In this document: positions 17,003 through 27,238 of the stretch, piece by piece | How positions within the stretch are numbered: the first letter of the stretch is position 1 | Layout: every line of letters starts with the position of its first letter | DNA from: a virus | Lineage: Duplodnaviria > Caudoviricetes | IMG/VR virus record: IMGVR_UViG_2654587547_000001 | Location: 1-64,000 of that record | Length of the DNA stretch: 64,000 nucleotides | Strand: one strand, 5' to 3' | The notes under the pieces: generated by a model | The model's database searches: none | Told to the model about the DNA's origin: nothing | What the model saw: the letters and a program-made list of their open reading frames with translations, nothing else | Position numbers and translations under genes: made by a program

Positions 17003-17377
17003 ATGACATTGGACCGACTGACCATCCGCCTGCCTTGGCCCGACACCAGCCTGATGGCAAACCGCAAGGGTGGGAAGCATTGGGGTTCTACCCACGCCGC
17101 AAAGGTGCGCGCGCGCGAGTCTGCGTTTTACGCCGCCAAGGAGGCGCTGGGCCGGAACAGTCTGGCGCCCGCCGGCCAGGTGCCAGTGTCGATTACCTGG
17201 GTCGCGCCTAACAAGGTGCGCCGCGACCTGGACGGCCTGCTGTCGGCTGAGAAGCCGCGCCTGGATGGTATTGCTGCGGCGCTGGGCATTGATGACAGCC
17301 AGTTCAGGCCTATCACGCTGGACGGCGCACTGGACGCAGACAAGAAAGGCTTCGTACTTGTGGAGATTGGACGATGA
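17003..17377 (+). CDS. RusA-like Holliday junction resolvase
   Basis: LPWP...RRDLDGL...LDGIA...IDDSQF. Confidence 0.85.
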   Translation: MTLDRLTIRLPWPDTSLMANRKGGKHWGSTHAAKVRARESAFYAAKEALGRNSLAPAGQVPVSITWVAPNKVRRDLDGLLSAEKPRLDGIAAALGIDDSQFRPITLDGALDADKKGFVLVEIGR

Positions 17378-17673
17378 CAGCCGTTATGGATTTCGACTGG
17401 TCCGAACTCGTGTTTGATTTGAAGCGGGCGGGGCTGGACCACCACGCAATATCCCGCGCACTCGGTGGCCGCATCACCGAGGGGATGATCCGCCAGTACA
17501 TGGGCGGCACCAGCGCTCCTACTCACTGGCGCGGCGAACTGCTCATTAGCCTTTGGGTGCGGAAAACAGGGAAATGCCGCGAAGACGCTCCCCGCCAGCC
17601 TATCGCAATGCGCCACACCGTGGCCCGGCCTATGCCCGCTGCACCTGCAAATGAAGGAGACCTGTATGCCTAA
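17374..17673 (+). CDS. HTH protein, candidate late-gene activator
   Basis: DWSELVFDLKRAGLDHHAISRALGG...GELLISLW; last gene before terS; no Q gene seen in this phage. Confidence 0.65.
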   Translation: MTAVMDFDWSELVFDLKRAGLDHHAISRALGGRITEGMIRQYMGGTSAPTHWRGELLISLWVRKTGKCREDAPRQPIAMRHTVARPMPAAPANEGDLYA

Positions 17674-18148
17674 GAAGCTGGGGCGACCCTGTAGCTACAC
17701 CGAAGAGATTGCCGAGAAAATCCTGGGACGGATTATGGAGGGAGAGGGGCTCGTCACAATCTGCCAGGCTGATGACATGCCGGGCAAATCCACCGTGTAT
17801 CGCTGGCTCGCAGCACCTGGGAACGACGATTTTAGGGACAGATACGCGCGCGCACGTGAGGTGCAGGCCGATGTGCTGGCTGACGAGATCTTGCGCATTG
17901 CCGACACGCCGCAGATTGGCCGAAAGACCAAGATCGACGCAGACGGAGACGAAGAGGTCACTGAGGGTGACATGATCGAGCACCGACGACTTCAGGTTGA
18001 TGCTCGCAAGTGGTACGCATCGAAGCTTGCGCCCAAGAAGTACGGCGACAAGCAGCAGATCGAGCACAGCGGGGCGGTGAGCATTGCGGACGCCCTGCGA
18101 GAGGCGAAGGCCAAGCGTCAGCAGGGAGGCAGCGCTGGTGAGGGCTGA
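17666..18148 (+). CDS. Terminase small subunit
   Basis: GRPCSYTEEIAEKI...MPGKSTVYRWL...VDARKWYASKLAPKKYGDK. Confidence 0.92.
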   Translation: MPKKLGRPCSYTEEIAEKILGRIMEGEGLVTICQADDMPGKSTVYRWLAAPGNDDFRDRYARAREVQADVLADEILRIADTPQIGRKTKIDADGDEEVTEGDMIEHRRLQVDARKWYASKLAPKKYGDKQQIEHSGAVSIADALREAKAKRQQGGSAGEG

Positions 18149-19568
18149 AGACGTTGCGGCCATTGCCGAGTACGAACACGACCCCTACGGATTCGCCTGC
18201 GATATGTTCGCTTGGGGCGAGGGTGAGCTGGTCGACCACACCGGCCCGCGCGCTTGGCAGGCTGAGGTGCAGCGCACAATTGGGGCGCACCTGAGCAACC
18301 CAGAGACGCGATTCCAGCCGCTGCGAATCGCGGTCGCGTCTGGGCACGGTATTGGTAAGTCCGGCCAGGTCGGCATGATCCTGAACTGGGCCATGTCGAC
18401 TTGCGACGACTGCCGGGTGGTGGTGACTGCGAACACGGAGACTCAGCTACGAACCAAGACCTGGCCCGAGGTGAGCAAGTGGGCACGCCTGGCGCGCAAC
18501 CGGGATTGGTGGGCGGTGCCGGCCATGTCCATGTACAGCGCCGAGCCAGGCCGCGAGAAGTCGTGGCGCGCGGACGCCACGCCCTGGAGCGAGAACAACA
18601 CCGAGGCGTTTGCCGGCCTGCACAACAAGGGCAAGAGAATCGTGCTGGTCTTTGACGAGGCGTCGAGCATCGCAGACAAGGTGTGGGAGGTGTCCGAAGG
18701 TGCACTGACCGATGAAAACACCGAAATCATCTGGCTGGCGTTCGGGAACCCAACCCGTAACACCGGCCGGTTCCGCGAATGCTTCCGCAAGTTCCGCCAT
18801 CTGTGGAAGACGTTCCAGATCGACAGCCGCACGGTCGAGGGCACGAACAAGGCATACCTGGACGAGATGGTTCAGGCCCACGGCGAAGACAGCGATATCG
18901 TCAAGGTTCGTATCCGGGGTCAGTTTCCTTCGGCTTCTGCCAAGCAGTTCATCAGCACAACGGACGTGGAAGCCGCGCGCGGGCGCCACCTGCGACCTGA
19001 GCAATACAACTTCGCCCCTGTCATCCTGACACTAGACCCTGCGTGGGAGGGGGACGATGAGCTGGTCATCGGCATGCGGCAGGGCCTGCACTTCAAGGTG
19101 CTGCGCACCATCGCCAAGAACGACAACGATATCGAGATCGCCAACATCCTGGCCAACTTGGAGGACGAGTACCGCGCCGATGCCGTGTTCATCGATGGTG
19201 GGTACGGCACGGGCATCCTGTCCGCCGGCAAGACCATGGGCCGTAAGCGCTGGCTTGTCGTTTGGTTCTCTGGGGAGTCTTCGGATCCTGGCTGCTTGAA
19301 CAAGCGCGCCGAAATGTGGAAGCTCGCACGCGACTGGCTGAAGGAGGGCGGCGCTATCCCGGACGATCAAGTGCTTGTTGACGACCTGATCGGCCCTGAA
19401 ACCGTAGCCCGCCTGGACGGCAAGATCCAACTCGAAAGCAAGAAGGACATGAAGGCGCGTGGGCTGCCGTCGCCCAACAGGGCAGATGCTCTGGTGCTGT
19501 CGTTCGCCTTCCCCGTCGTCAAGGCTTCGTCGCGGGGGAATCGACCGACCAGGGCTACAACCGACTAA
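18138..19568 (+). CDS. Terminase large subunit
   Basis: SGHGIGKS Walker A, VFDEAS Walker B, LDPA nuclease motif, SPNRADAL. Confidence 0.95.
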   Translation: MRAEDVAAIAEYEHDPYGFACDMFAWGEGELVDHTGPRAWQAEVQRTIGAHLSNPETRFQPLRIAVASGHGIGKSGQVGMILNWAMSTCDDCRVVVTANTETQLRTKTWPEVSKWARLARNRDWWAVPAMSMYSAEPGREKSWRADATPWSENNTEAFAGLHNKGKRIVLVFDEASSIADKVWEVSEGALTDENTEIIWLAFGNPTRNTGRFRECFRKFRHLWKTFQIDSRTVEGTNKAYLDEMVQAHGEDSDIVKVRIRGQFPSASAKQFISTTDVEAARGRHLRPEQYNFAPVILTLDPAWEGDDELVIGMRQGLHFKVLRTIAKNDNDIEIANILANLEDEYRADAVFIDGGYGTGILSAGKTMGRKRWLVVWFSGESSDPGCLNKRAEMWKLARDWLKEGGAIPDDQVLVDDLIGPETVARLDGKIQLESKKDMKARGLPSPNRADALVLSFAFPVVKASSRGNRPTRATTD

Positions 19569-19602
19569 AACGCAGAACTCTACACATGCCGCGCCATAGA
19601 TT
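19568..19602 (+). promoter_or_regulatory. Late promoter motif, copy 1 (before portal)
   Basis: AAACGCAGAACTCTAC-N13-TAGATT. Confidence 0.75.
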
Positions 19603-19628
19603 GGGCTGTCATTTTCGAGGTCCAATCT

Positions 19629-19838
19629 ATGACCGGCCTATTGAAGCCCAAGGCACCTACGCCTCCCGAGCCTGTCAAGCCGCCCGATCCTCCGGCAGCG
19701 GCTGACGCTGCTACGGCTGGCGCCACCGAAGCTGAACGCCTGCGCAAACGGCGCGGCACGGCGTCTACCGTCCTGGCTGGCGACACCGCAACGGTGGCTC
19801 CTGGCTCGGTTGCGACTAAGACGCTGCTGGGGCAGTAA
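19629..19838 (+). CDS. Small virion-associated protein
   Basis: Pro-rich start, RKRRGTASTVL...KTLLGQ, typical of the gene just before the portal. Confidence 0.8.
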   Translation: MTGLLKPKAPTPPEPVKPPDPPAAADAATAGATEAERLRKRRGTASTVLAGDTATVAPGSVATKTLLGQ

Positions 19839-21491
19839 GTGGCGGACAACAGCGATATCGAACTCGTCCGCCAGATCCTGGCCGACCATGCCAAGTTCAA
19901 GAACGACCGCACGTCGTTTGAGGAGCAGTGGAACGAGATCATCGAGCGCGTTCTGCCGCGCTTTCGCAAGTTCAACAGCGGGCACGAGTTGCCCGGCCAG
20001 AAGCGCACGCAGAACATTTTTGACTCGACCGCGAGCATGGCCCTGCGCCACTTCGCCGCGGCGTTCGATTCGATGATTACGCCCCGGACGCAGAAGTACC
20101 AGCGGCTCACCACGTCGAACCTCGCGCTACGAGACAACGACAACGTGAAGGCGTATCTGGAGGCCGTCACCGACGTGCAGTTCTCCATGCGCTACCGCTG
20201 GCGCGCGGGCTTTACCACGCAGATGGGCGAGTTCTACGTTGGACAGGGCGCGTTTGGGTCTTCTGGCCTGATGATCGAGGACACCGGCAACCCCATGCAG
20301 CCGGTGCGCTATCGGAACATTCGCCTGTCCCAGCTGTATTTCTCCGAGGGCGCAGACGGTCTGGTCGACAAGGCGCACATGGTCTGGAAGCTGACCGCGC
20401 GCCAGGCTGCTCAGCGCTGGGGCCGCAACGCGCTGCCCGATACCGTCAAGAACGCCCTGGACCGCAACAACTACGAGCAGTGCTTTGACTTCCTGCATTG
20501 CATCCAGCCGCGCGACCAGCGTGACCCGACCAAGCGCGACAGCCGGAACATGCGCTACCAGTCGGTCTGGATCTGCCGCCAGGGTGATGTGATTGTCGAG
20601 CATGGCGGATTCCGCACGTTCCCGCTGGCCGTGGGCCGGTTCTACAGCACCGACGACTCGCCCTATGCGTACTCGCCGGCCATGGAGTCGCTGCCCGATA
20701 TCAACATGCTCAACGAGATGGAGCGCACGAACATCCGTGGCGCCCAAAAGCTCGTTGATCCGCCCTTGCTGCTGCCTGAAGACGGGGTGCTGGAAGGCTT
20801 TGACCTGCGCTCTGGCGCGCTGAACTACGGCGGCCTGAACGAGCAGGGGCAGCAGATGGTGCAGCCCTTGCAGTTGGGCAACAACGTCCCGCTGGGCATC
20901 GAGTACGCCAACCAGAAACGCGAGGCGGTGAACCTTGGCTTCTACGTGACGTTGTTTCAGATCATGGTGGACACCCCGGCGATGACCGCCACCGAAGTTC
21001 TCGAGCGCGCCCAGGAGAAGGGCATTTTGCTTGCCCCGACCATGGGCCGCGTCCAGTCCGAAACGCTGGGGCCTCTGACCGAGCGCGAACTGGATATCGC
21101 GATGAACTACGGCCTGCTGCCGCCGATGCCCGACGAGCTGCGAGAAGCTGGCGCGGATGTCGAGATCGAGTACGACAGCCCACTCAACCGCGCCATGCGT
21201 TCGGGCGAGGCGAGCGCCACGCTCCAGTGGCTTGGCGCCATTGCCCCGCTGGCCCAGATCGATCCGCGTGTCCAGGCTGTTCCGAATGCCGTGGAGATTG
21301 CGCGTGGCCTGGCCGACAGCCTGAGTGTGCCAACCAAGTACCTCAACACCGAAGACCAGACCGAGGCGGATATCGCCGCGCAGCAGCAACAGGCCCAGGC
21401 AGCCGAGTTGCTGCAAGCCGCGCCTATCGCCGCCGCCACGGCCAAAGACATGACCGCCGCCGCCGCCAACGCACAGAACGCCACGATATGA
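19839..21491 (+). CDS. Portal (head-tail connector)
   Basis: IFDSTA...MTATEVLERAQEK...EYDSPL. Confidence 0.95.
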   Translation: MADNSDIELVRQILADHAKFKNDRTSFEEQWNEIIERVLPRFRKFNSGHELPGQKRTQNIFDSTASMALRHFAAAFDSMITPRTQKYQRLTTSNLALRDNDNVKAYLEAVTDVQFSMRYRWRAGFTTQMGEFYVGQGAFGSSGLMIEDTGNPMQPVRYRNIRLSQLYFSEGADGLVDKAHMVWKLTARQAAQRWGRNALPDTVKNALDRNNYEQCFDFLHCIQPRDQRDPTKRDSRNMRYQSVWICRQGDVIVEHGGFRTFPLAVGRFYSTDDSPYAYSPAMESLPDINMLNEMERTNIRGAQKLVDPPLLLPEDGVLEGFDLRSGALNYGGLNEQGQQMVQPLQLGNNVPLGIEYANQKREAVNLGFYVTLFQIMVDTPAMTATEVLERAQEKGILLAPTMGRVQSETLGPLTERELDIAMNYGLLPPMPDELREAGADVEIEYDSPLNRAMRSGEASATLQWLGAIAPLAQIDPRVQAVPNAVEIARGLADSLSVPTKYLNTEDQTEADIAAQQQQAQAAELLQAAPIAAATAKDMTAAAANAQNATI

Positions 21492-21793
21492 GCCATTTCA
21501 CCGACAAGATTCAGCGCATGTTCCGCCTGCGCAAGGCCTACCGAGTCGCCTTCATGGGCGAGCGCGGCATGAGCCAGGACACCGCGCGTCGCGTGGTGAT
21601 GCAGGACTTGGAGCGCTTTTGCCGCGTGAACCAGTCAAGCGTCGTCGTCTCCCCGGTCAGCCGCGTGGTCGATACGCACGCTACCTGCGTGGCCGAGGGC
21701 CGCCGAGAAGTATTCAACCGCCTGTCCTACTACCTCAATCTCACCGAAGAGCAGATCGCACAACTCCAGGAGCGCACGAATGAACTTACGTAA
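21488..21793 (+). CDS. Bbp19-like protein
   Basis: AYRVAF...DLERFC...AEGRREVF. Confidence 0.75.
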   Translation: MSHFTDKIQRMFRLRKAYRVAFMGERGMSQDTARRVVMQDLERFCRVNQSSVVVSPVSRVVDTHATCVAEGRREVFNRLSYYLNLTEEQIAQLQERTNELT

Positions 21794-22526
21794 GCACTAC
21801 CGAATGATGGACGAAGCCGCTACGGGTGCGGCAGATGGCGCCGCCGCTGGCGCCGGCACTGGTCAGTGCGGTGACGCCGCAGCCGCTGCCGCAACCACCA
21901 CGCCGCCCGCACAAACGCAGAACTCTACGCAGCCCTGGCACCAATCTATCGGCGACGCGGACCTGCGCCAGTACGTGGAAAGCAAGGGTTTCAAGGATGC
22001 CGGCGAAGCCGCCAAGGCGCTCCGGGATCTCGAAACCAGCCACGCGGTACCCGATGATGTGGCGGCCTACAAGTTGCCCGCTCCGGAGGGTGATGATGGC
22101 AAGTTTGCCAGCCAGGCCGCGCAGTGGATGAAGGAGGCGGGCATCCCCGTCGCCGCAGGCCAGAAGCTGGCGGCACAGTGGAATGCCTTCCAGGCCGAGC
22201 AGATGAAGGCCGAACAGGTCGCGCAGCAGCAGGCAGGCGAGCGAGCCGTAGCCGAGCTGCGCGGCGAGTGGGGCCAGCAGTACGACCAGAACGTCGAACT
22301 GGGCCGCAAAGCGATGCGGACCTTTGGCGTACCGGCCGAGGTGGTTGAAAAGATGGCCGGTTCCATGGGCGATGCGCAGACGATCCGCGTGTTCCAGGCC
22401 ATCGGCAAGAGCATGAGCGAATCGACGCTCAATCCCGGTGGCGAAGGGGGCAGCACCTCGCCGGCGGGTGATGAACACGCTGCACGGGCTGCTCGGATGT
22501 TCCCGAGCATGCATCAAGGCAAGTAA
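21780..22526 (+). CDS. Capsid scaffolding protein
   Basis: Ala/Gln-rich; LRGEWGQQYDQNVELG; directly upstream of the major capsid gene. Confidence 0.8.
   Translation: MNLRKHYRMMDEAATGAADGAAAGAGTGQCGDAAAAAATTTPPAQTQNSTQPWHQSIGDADLRQYVESKGFKDAGEAAKALRDLETSHAVPDDVAAYKLPAPEGDDGKFASQAAQWMKEAGIPVAAGQKLAAQWNAFQAEQMKAEQVAQQQAGERAVAELRGEWGQQYDQNVELGRKAMRTFGVPAEVVEKMAGSMGDAQTIRVFQAIGKSMSESTLNPGGEGGSTSPAGDEHAARAARMFPSMHQGK
21913..21947 (+). promoter_or_regulatory. Late promoter motif, copy 2 (inside scaffold gene, before capsid)
   Basis: AAACGCAGAACTCTAC-N13-CAATCT. Confidence 0.7.
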
Positions 22527-22541
22527 ACAAGGAGAGTTTCG

Positions 22542-23543
22542 ATGGCCACCATCGGCAACAAATCGCTGAGCATTATCGATATTGCGAAGCGACTCGACCC
22601 GGACGGTTCCACCGCCGATGTGGCCGAGTTGCTCTCGCAGACCAACGAAATCGTCCAGGATATTCCCTGGATTGAGGGCAACCTGCCCACGGGCAACCGC
22701 ACGACCATTCGTACCGGCCTGCCCGAAACCACCTGGCGCAAGCTGTATGGCGGCGTTCCGGTGTCGAAGTCCACGACCGCGCAGGTCGATGACTCCTGCG
22801 GCATGCTGACCGCGCGCAGCGAGCCGGACGTGGATTCGGTCAAGATGGCTACCGACCCGGCAGCGTTCCGCTTGGACGAAGCCAATGCTTTCATCGAGAA
22901 GATGGGCCAGGACTTCGCCACCACGCTGTTCTACGGCGACACGGCACTCACGCCCGAGCGCTTCTACGGCCTGCAACCTCGCTACAACCAACTCTCGGGC
23001 GCCAACAGCGCGCAGAACGTCATCAGCGCCGGCGGCAGCGGCAGCGACAACACGTCCGTGTGGCTGGTGGGCTGGGGCCGCAATTCGGCCTTTGGCATCT
23101 ATCCGCGCAACTCCAAGGCGGGCCTGAGCCACCGCGACCTGGGCGAAGTTGATGCGTTCGATTCCAGCCAGAACCGCTACCGCGCCTACGCCGACCTGTT
23201 CGAGTGGAAGTGCGGCCTGGTGGTCAAGGACTGGCGCTACATCTCGCGCATCGCGAACCTGGACGTGTCCGACGCCACAGCTGGCTCCGGCACGATGGCC
23301 AACCAGAAGCTGATCGAGCTGATGATCCAGGCCAAGAACAAGTTGCCGACGCTGCAAGGCGCGGTTCGCCCGGTGTTCTACGTGAACCGCACGATCAAGT
23401 CTGCGCTGGAAGTGATGGCGCTGAACAAGTCGAACGCGGCGCTGTCGATCCGCGAGGCGGCTGGGCAGTTTGAAACCAACTTCCTGGGGATCCCGATCCG
23501 CCTGGCCGATCAACTGCTGAACACCGAGGCCGTCGTCTCGTAA
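22542..23543 (+). CDS. Major capsid protein (BPP-1/epsilon15 type)
   Basis: ELLSQTNEIVQDIPWIEGNLPTG...GLVVKDWRYISRIAN. Confidence 0.93.
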   Translation: MATIGNKSLSIIDIAKRLDPDGSTADVAELLSQTNEIVQDIPWIEGNLPTGNRTTIRTGLPETTWRKLYGGVPVSKSTTAQVDDSCGMLTARSEPDVDSVKMATDPAAFRLDEANAFIEKMGQDFATTLFYGDTALTPERFYGLQPRYNQLSGANSAQNVISAGGSGSDNTSVWLVGWGRNSAFGIYPRNSKAGLSHRDLGEVDAFDSSQNRYRAYADLFEWKCGLVVKDWRYISRIANLDVSDATAGSGTMANQKLIELMIQAKNKLPTLQGAVRPVFYVNRTIKSALEVMALNKSNAALSIREAAGQFETNFLGIPIRLADQLLNTEAVVS

Positions 23544-23547
23544 TCGA

Positions 23548-23572
23548 GCAGGGCGCCCACGCGGCGCCCGCT
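23548..23572 (+). terminator. GC hairpin after the capsid gene
   Basis: GGGCGCC-CACGC-GGCGCCC with a weak U tail. Confidence 0.4.
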
Positions 23573-23593
23573 TCAGCCTTCACGGAGAGCAAC

Positions 23594-24037
23594 ATGATTC
23601 TCGACAAAACGAACGAGTTCTCGGATAGCCAGGCGGTCACCGCCACCGCGATCTCGACCAACGTCATTGACCACAACCCCGCAGCCAAGAACTCGCTGAT
23701 CGATATCGGCGCGGGCGAACCGGTGTACTTGGTGGTGCAGGTGGATCAGGCCGCTACTGCGGGTGGTGCGGCCACCGTCACCATCACGCTTGAATCCAGC
23801 GATGCGGCCGGCATGACCTCGCCCACGGTGCACTTCACCACGGCCGCCTTCGCCCTGGCCGACATGACCCAGGGCAAGGAGCTTGTCCGTGTCCGCCTGC
23901 CCAGCGCCGACTACAAGCGCTACTTGGGCTTGCGCTACACGGTCGGCACTGGTCCGCTGACGGCTGGTCAGTTCTCGGCCTTCCTGGTCAAGGACGCGCA
24001 GACCAAGCAGGCGTACAAGTCCGGCTACACGGTGTAA
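23594..24037 (+). CDS. Bbp16-like capsid cement protein
   Basis: MILDKTNEFSDSQAVTATAISTNVID...RYLGLRYTV. Confidence 0.85.
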   Translation: MILDKTNEFSDSQAVTATAISTNVIDHNPAAKNSLIDIGAGEPVYLVVQVDQAATAGGAATVTITLESSDAAGMTSPTVHFTTAAFALADMTQGKELVRVRLPSADYKRYLGLRYTVGTGPLTAGQFSAFLVKDAQTKQAYKSGYTV

Positions 24038-24040
24038 GCC

Positions 24041-24331
24041 ATGGCCCGATACATCGCACTGGAGCGGGGCCAGATCCCCGCCAAAACGCGCGCTACCAAG
24101 CGTGCCGATGCCCCCGACGACCGGCCGGTCAATCGCATGATCGAGCCGGGCGAGGTATTCGAGTTCGATGGTCCGCGCGGCAAGTGGATGGAACCCTACG
24201 ACGGCCCGGTTACGGATTCCGAGGGAAACGCCGAAGGCCAGTCGAATGCGACGACGACCGGCCAGACGGTTCGGGGTGGGTCGCGAGCGCAGACCGGGCG
24301 CGGCGCTCAGACCGGCAGCGGTACGCAGTAA
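24041..24331 (+). CDS. Hypothetical virion-region protein
   Basis: In-operon ORF (PGEVFEFDG...KWMEP). Confidence 0.7.
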   Translation: MARYIALERGQIPAKTRATKRADAPDDRPVNRMIEPGEVFEFDGPRGKWMEPYDGPVTDSEGNAEGQSNATTTGQTVRGGSRAQTGRGAQTGSGTQ

Positions 24332-24341
24332 CGGAGTAGCC

Positions 24342-24926
24342 GTGACGTCTCAGGTAGACATCGCCAACCGCGCTCTCACCAAACTCGGTGAGACGCGGAT
24401 TATCGACCTGGAGGATCCCCGCAAGCCGGCCAGCACGATCAACTCGATGTACGAGATCGTGCTGGCCGCTGAGCTTCGGGCGCACCTCTGGGCGTTCTCC
24501 AAGGCGCGAGCGCAGTTGCCCGCGCTGTCCGAGAAACCGGCGTTTGGGTACGCAGAGCAGTTCACGCTGCCTGCGGATTTCGTGCGCCTGATCAAGGTGG
24601 CAAATTTCTGGGTCTACCCGAAGCCGACGACCAAGGGTCTGTTCTCCATAGAGGGCCGGCGCCTGCTGATCGACACGGAAGGGCCGCTCAACATCGAGTA
24701 CGTCCGGCTGGTCACCGACCCGAACGAATACGACGCGCTGTTTGTGGAATTGTTCGCTTGCCGCCTGGCGATGGAAGCGTGCGAGACGATCACTCAGAGC
24801 GAAACCAAATTCAACCGAATCGCGAACATGTACCGCCAGGCGCTCTCTGACGGCTTGCGCGCTGGCGCCGTCGAGCGCCCCGCTGCGGCTGTACAGGACG
24901 ACAGCTGGATGGAAAGCCGGAGGTAG
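24342..24926 (+). CDS. Tail adaptor / tubular protein A
   Basis: SQVDIANRALTKLG...HLWAFS...LPADFVR; GTG start after GGAG. Confidence 0.85.
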   Translation: MTSQVDIANRALTKLGETRIIDLEDPRKPASTINSMYEIVLAAELRAHLWAFSKARAQLPALSEKPAFGYAEQFTLPADFVRLIKVANFWVYPKPTTKGLFSIEGRRLLIDTEGPLNIEYVRLVTDPNEYDALFVELFACRLAMEACETITQSETKFNRIANMYRQALSDGLRAGAVERPAAAVQDDSWMESRR

Positions 24927-24928
24927 GC

Positions 24929-27238
24929 ATGGGCAAGGCATCCCCCGCCCTCGTGACGTTCGACGCGGGGCTGCTTTCCCCAATGCTCGGCGCACGCATT
25001 GACCAGGCCAAGTACCAAAGCGGGTGCTCGGATCTGAAGAACTTCATCCCCAAGGTGCAAGGCCCGGCGGTTCGCCGCGGCGGCACTCGCTATGTCAGCC
25101 CGGTAAAGAACGGTGACCGGCGGACGTGGCTGGTCAAGTTCCAGGTGTCTGAGACGATCACCTACATGCTCGAGTTCGGGCACCTGTATATCCGCTTTTA
25201 CGCCAACCGTGGCCAGCTTGTGAGCGGCGGCGTACCGGTCGAGATCGCTTCTCCCTACACGTCGGCGGATCTGACCGCAGAGGACGGCACCTGCCGCATT
25301 CGCGTGGCGCAGAGCGCGGACACGATGTATATCTTCCACCGCAGCTACAAGCCTCGCAAGTTGCTGCGTCAGGGGCCGACGTCGTTCTCGCTGCAAATGA
25401 TCGAGCTGACAGGCGGCCCGTTCCAAGAGACGAACACCAACAAGAGTCTGGTGATCAACGTTTCGGGTGAGGCCGGAAGCGGCGCGATGTCGTCCAACTT
25501 CGATATCTTCACGCCGCAGCACGTTGGCTCGCTGTTCTACCTGGAGACGCAAGACCTATCGTCGGTCAAGCCCTGGGCGGTCCACCAGCGCGCCGAGGTG
25601 AACTTCATGCGTCGAGTGGACAACCGGGTGTATGAGTGTACGGCTGTGGGTACTGGCACCGATCCTGGCCCGGTGACGGGCAATGTGACGCCCACGCACA
25701 CAGAGGGGAAGGCATGGGACGGGGATGGGTTCGATATTGCCGACGACCAGCTTGGACCTATTGGGGTCGAGTGGCGGTACTTGCACTCCGGTTACGGAGT
25801 GGTGCTGATCACCGGCTTTACCGATGGGCAGCACGTCAGCATCACGGTGATGGACCGCATCCCGGCTGACGTCGTGAACAACGGCACCTATAAATGGTCC
25901 GAGGGAGTGTTCTCGGATCTGGACGGGTGGCCTGAACATGGCGCGTTCTGGCGTGAGCGTCTGGTATTGGCCCGCGACCGGCGCGTCACTATGTCGGTTT
26001 CTAGCGATTTCGAAAACTTCAGCCCGAAGATCGGTGGCGAGGTGACGGCTGATTCCGGAATCGTGCTGACCCTGAATGCGCGCCGGATCAACCGCATCCT
26101 CTGGCTGGTGGAGTCCGACGACCTGATCATTGGCACCAATGGGGACGAGTGGATTGTTGGTCCGACGCAATCGACCCAGCCACTTGGGCCGGCCAACATC
26201 CGGGCAGCCAAGCGCACGGACTACGGGTCAAAATCCATTCAGCCGGCCGAGGTAGGCGGGCGGATCCTGTTTGCCCAGGCCAGCGGCAAGAAACTGCGGG
26301 ATTACCAGTACGACTACGCCCAGGATAACTACCAGTCTTCGGACACGACCAAGCTGTCGGACAACATTACCGTGGGAGCGCGCACCGAGACGCCGACCGG
26401 TGGCCCGACAACCGTCATGTCGGGTCTTATCGACCTGACGTACAGCCAAGAGCCGGATTCTGTCATCTGGGCGGCGCGCGCTGACGGCACGCTGCTCGGG
26501 CTGACCTACGACCGCGAACCCGAGCGCAGCGACGTCGGGGCGTGGCATCCGCACCCGCTTGTGAACGGAATGGTGGAATCGGTCGAGAGCATGCCATCGC
26601 CGGACGGCACTGAGGATGATCTGTGGATGATTGTGCGGCGGGTGATTGATGGCGAAGTCGTGCGCTATGTCGAATATCTGCGTCAGCCGCTGGGTTACAG
26701 CGAAGCGGCGGTTGAGGCGTTCTATGTCGATTGCGGTCTTACCTATCGCGGCACTCCGGCAACGACGATATCGGGCCTCGCGCATCTTGAGGGCGAGGTG
26801 GTGGACGTGCTGGTCGACGGCGCCACGCATCCTCAGCAAACCGTCGCGGGGGGGCAGATCACGCTACAGAACGCCGGCTCAATCGTGCACGTCGGGTTGC
26901 CGGCCCCCTGCGCGCTGGAAACCATGCGGCTGGAGGCTGGCGCTGCGGACGGCACGGCCCAAGGTAAGACCAAGCGCATCACGAATGTTGTTCTGCGGTT
27001 CCATAGATCGCTGGGTGGCAAGGCGGGCACGTCGGATAGCTACCTGGCGGACATCGAAATCCGCACGCCGCAGGACGCAATGGACGAGGCTGTACCTTTG
27101 CTCAGCGGCGACACAGAGCCAATTTCCTGGGAGGGCGGTTACGGCACGAGCGGCATGATGCGCTACGAGAACAACCAGCCGCTGCCGGTGGCGCTGCTGG
27201 GCATCTTCCCGATCGTGCATACGCAGGATGACCGATGA
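24929..27238 (+). CDS. Tail nozzle / tubular protein B
   Basis: FDAGLLSP...NFIPKVQGPAVRRGGT; 769 aa, beta-rich. Confidence 0.88.
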   Translation: MGKASPALVTFDAGLLSPMLGARIDQAKYQSGCSDLKNFIPKVQGPAVRRGGTRYVSPVKNGDRRTWLVKFQVSETITYMLEFGHLYIRFYANRGQLVSGGVPVEIASPYTSADLTAEDGTCRIRVAQSADTMYIFHRSYKPRKLLRQGPTSFSLQMIELTGGPFQETNTNKSLVINVSGEAGSGAMSSNFDIFTPQHVGSLFYLETQDLSSVKPWAVHQRAEVNFMRRVDNRVYECTAVGTGTDPGPVTGNVTPTHTEGKAWDGDGFDIADDQLGPIGVEWRYLHSGYGVVLITGFTDGQHVSITVMDRIPADVVNNGTYKWSEGVFSDLDGWPEHGAFWRERLVLARDRRVTMSVSSDFENFSPKIGGEVTADSGIVLTLNARRINRILWLVESDDLIIGTNGDEWIVGPTQSTQPLGPANIRAAKRTDYGSKSIQPAEVGGRILFAQASGKKLRDYQYDYAQDNYQSSDTTKLSDNITVGARTETPTGGPTTVMSGLIDLTYSQEPDSVIWAARADGTLLGLTYDREPERSDVGAWHPHPLVNGMVESVESMPSPDGTEDDLWMIVRRVIDGEVVRYVEYLRQPLGYSEAAVEAFYVDCGLTYRGTPATTISGLAHLEGEVVDVLVDGATHPQQTVAGGQITLQNAGSIVHVGLPAPCALETMRLEAGAADGTAQGKTKRITNVVLRFHRSLGGKAGTSDSYLADIEIRTPQDAMDEAVPLLSGDTEPISWEGGYGTSGMMRYENNQPLPVALLGIFPIVHTQDDR

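Noticed and set aside
17601-17636. Fifth late-promoter copy before terS (and another near 40181)
   Set aside because: Only 9/16 matches and no YAnnnT at the 13-nt spacing; possible but unsupported.
19568-19602. ECF sigma (GAACTT-type) promoter reading of the late motif
   Set aside because: GAACT is present, but the downstream hexamer is sigma70-like YAnnnT and conservation extends well beyond a -35 box; not fully excluded.
21786-23513. 575-aa minus-strand ORF, and similar long antisense ORFs (20127-21416, 16051-17067, 7470-8519, 51096-52190, 59244-60434)
   Set aside because: They are antisense shadows of clearly identified genes in high-GC DNA and carry no motifs.
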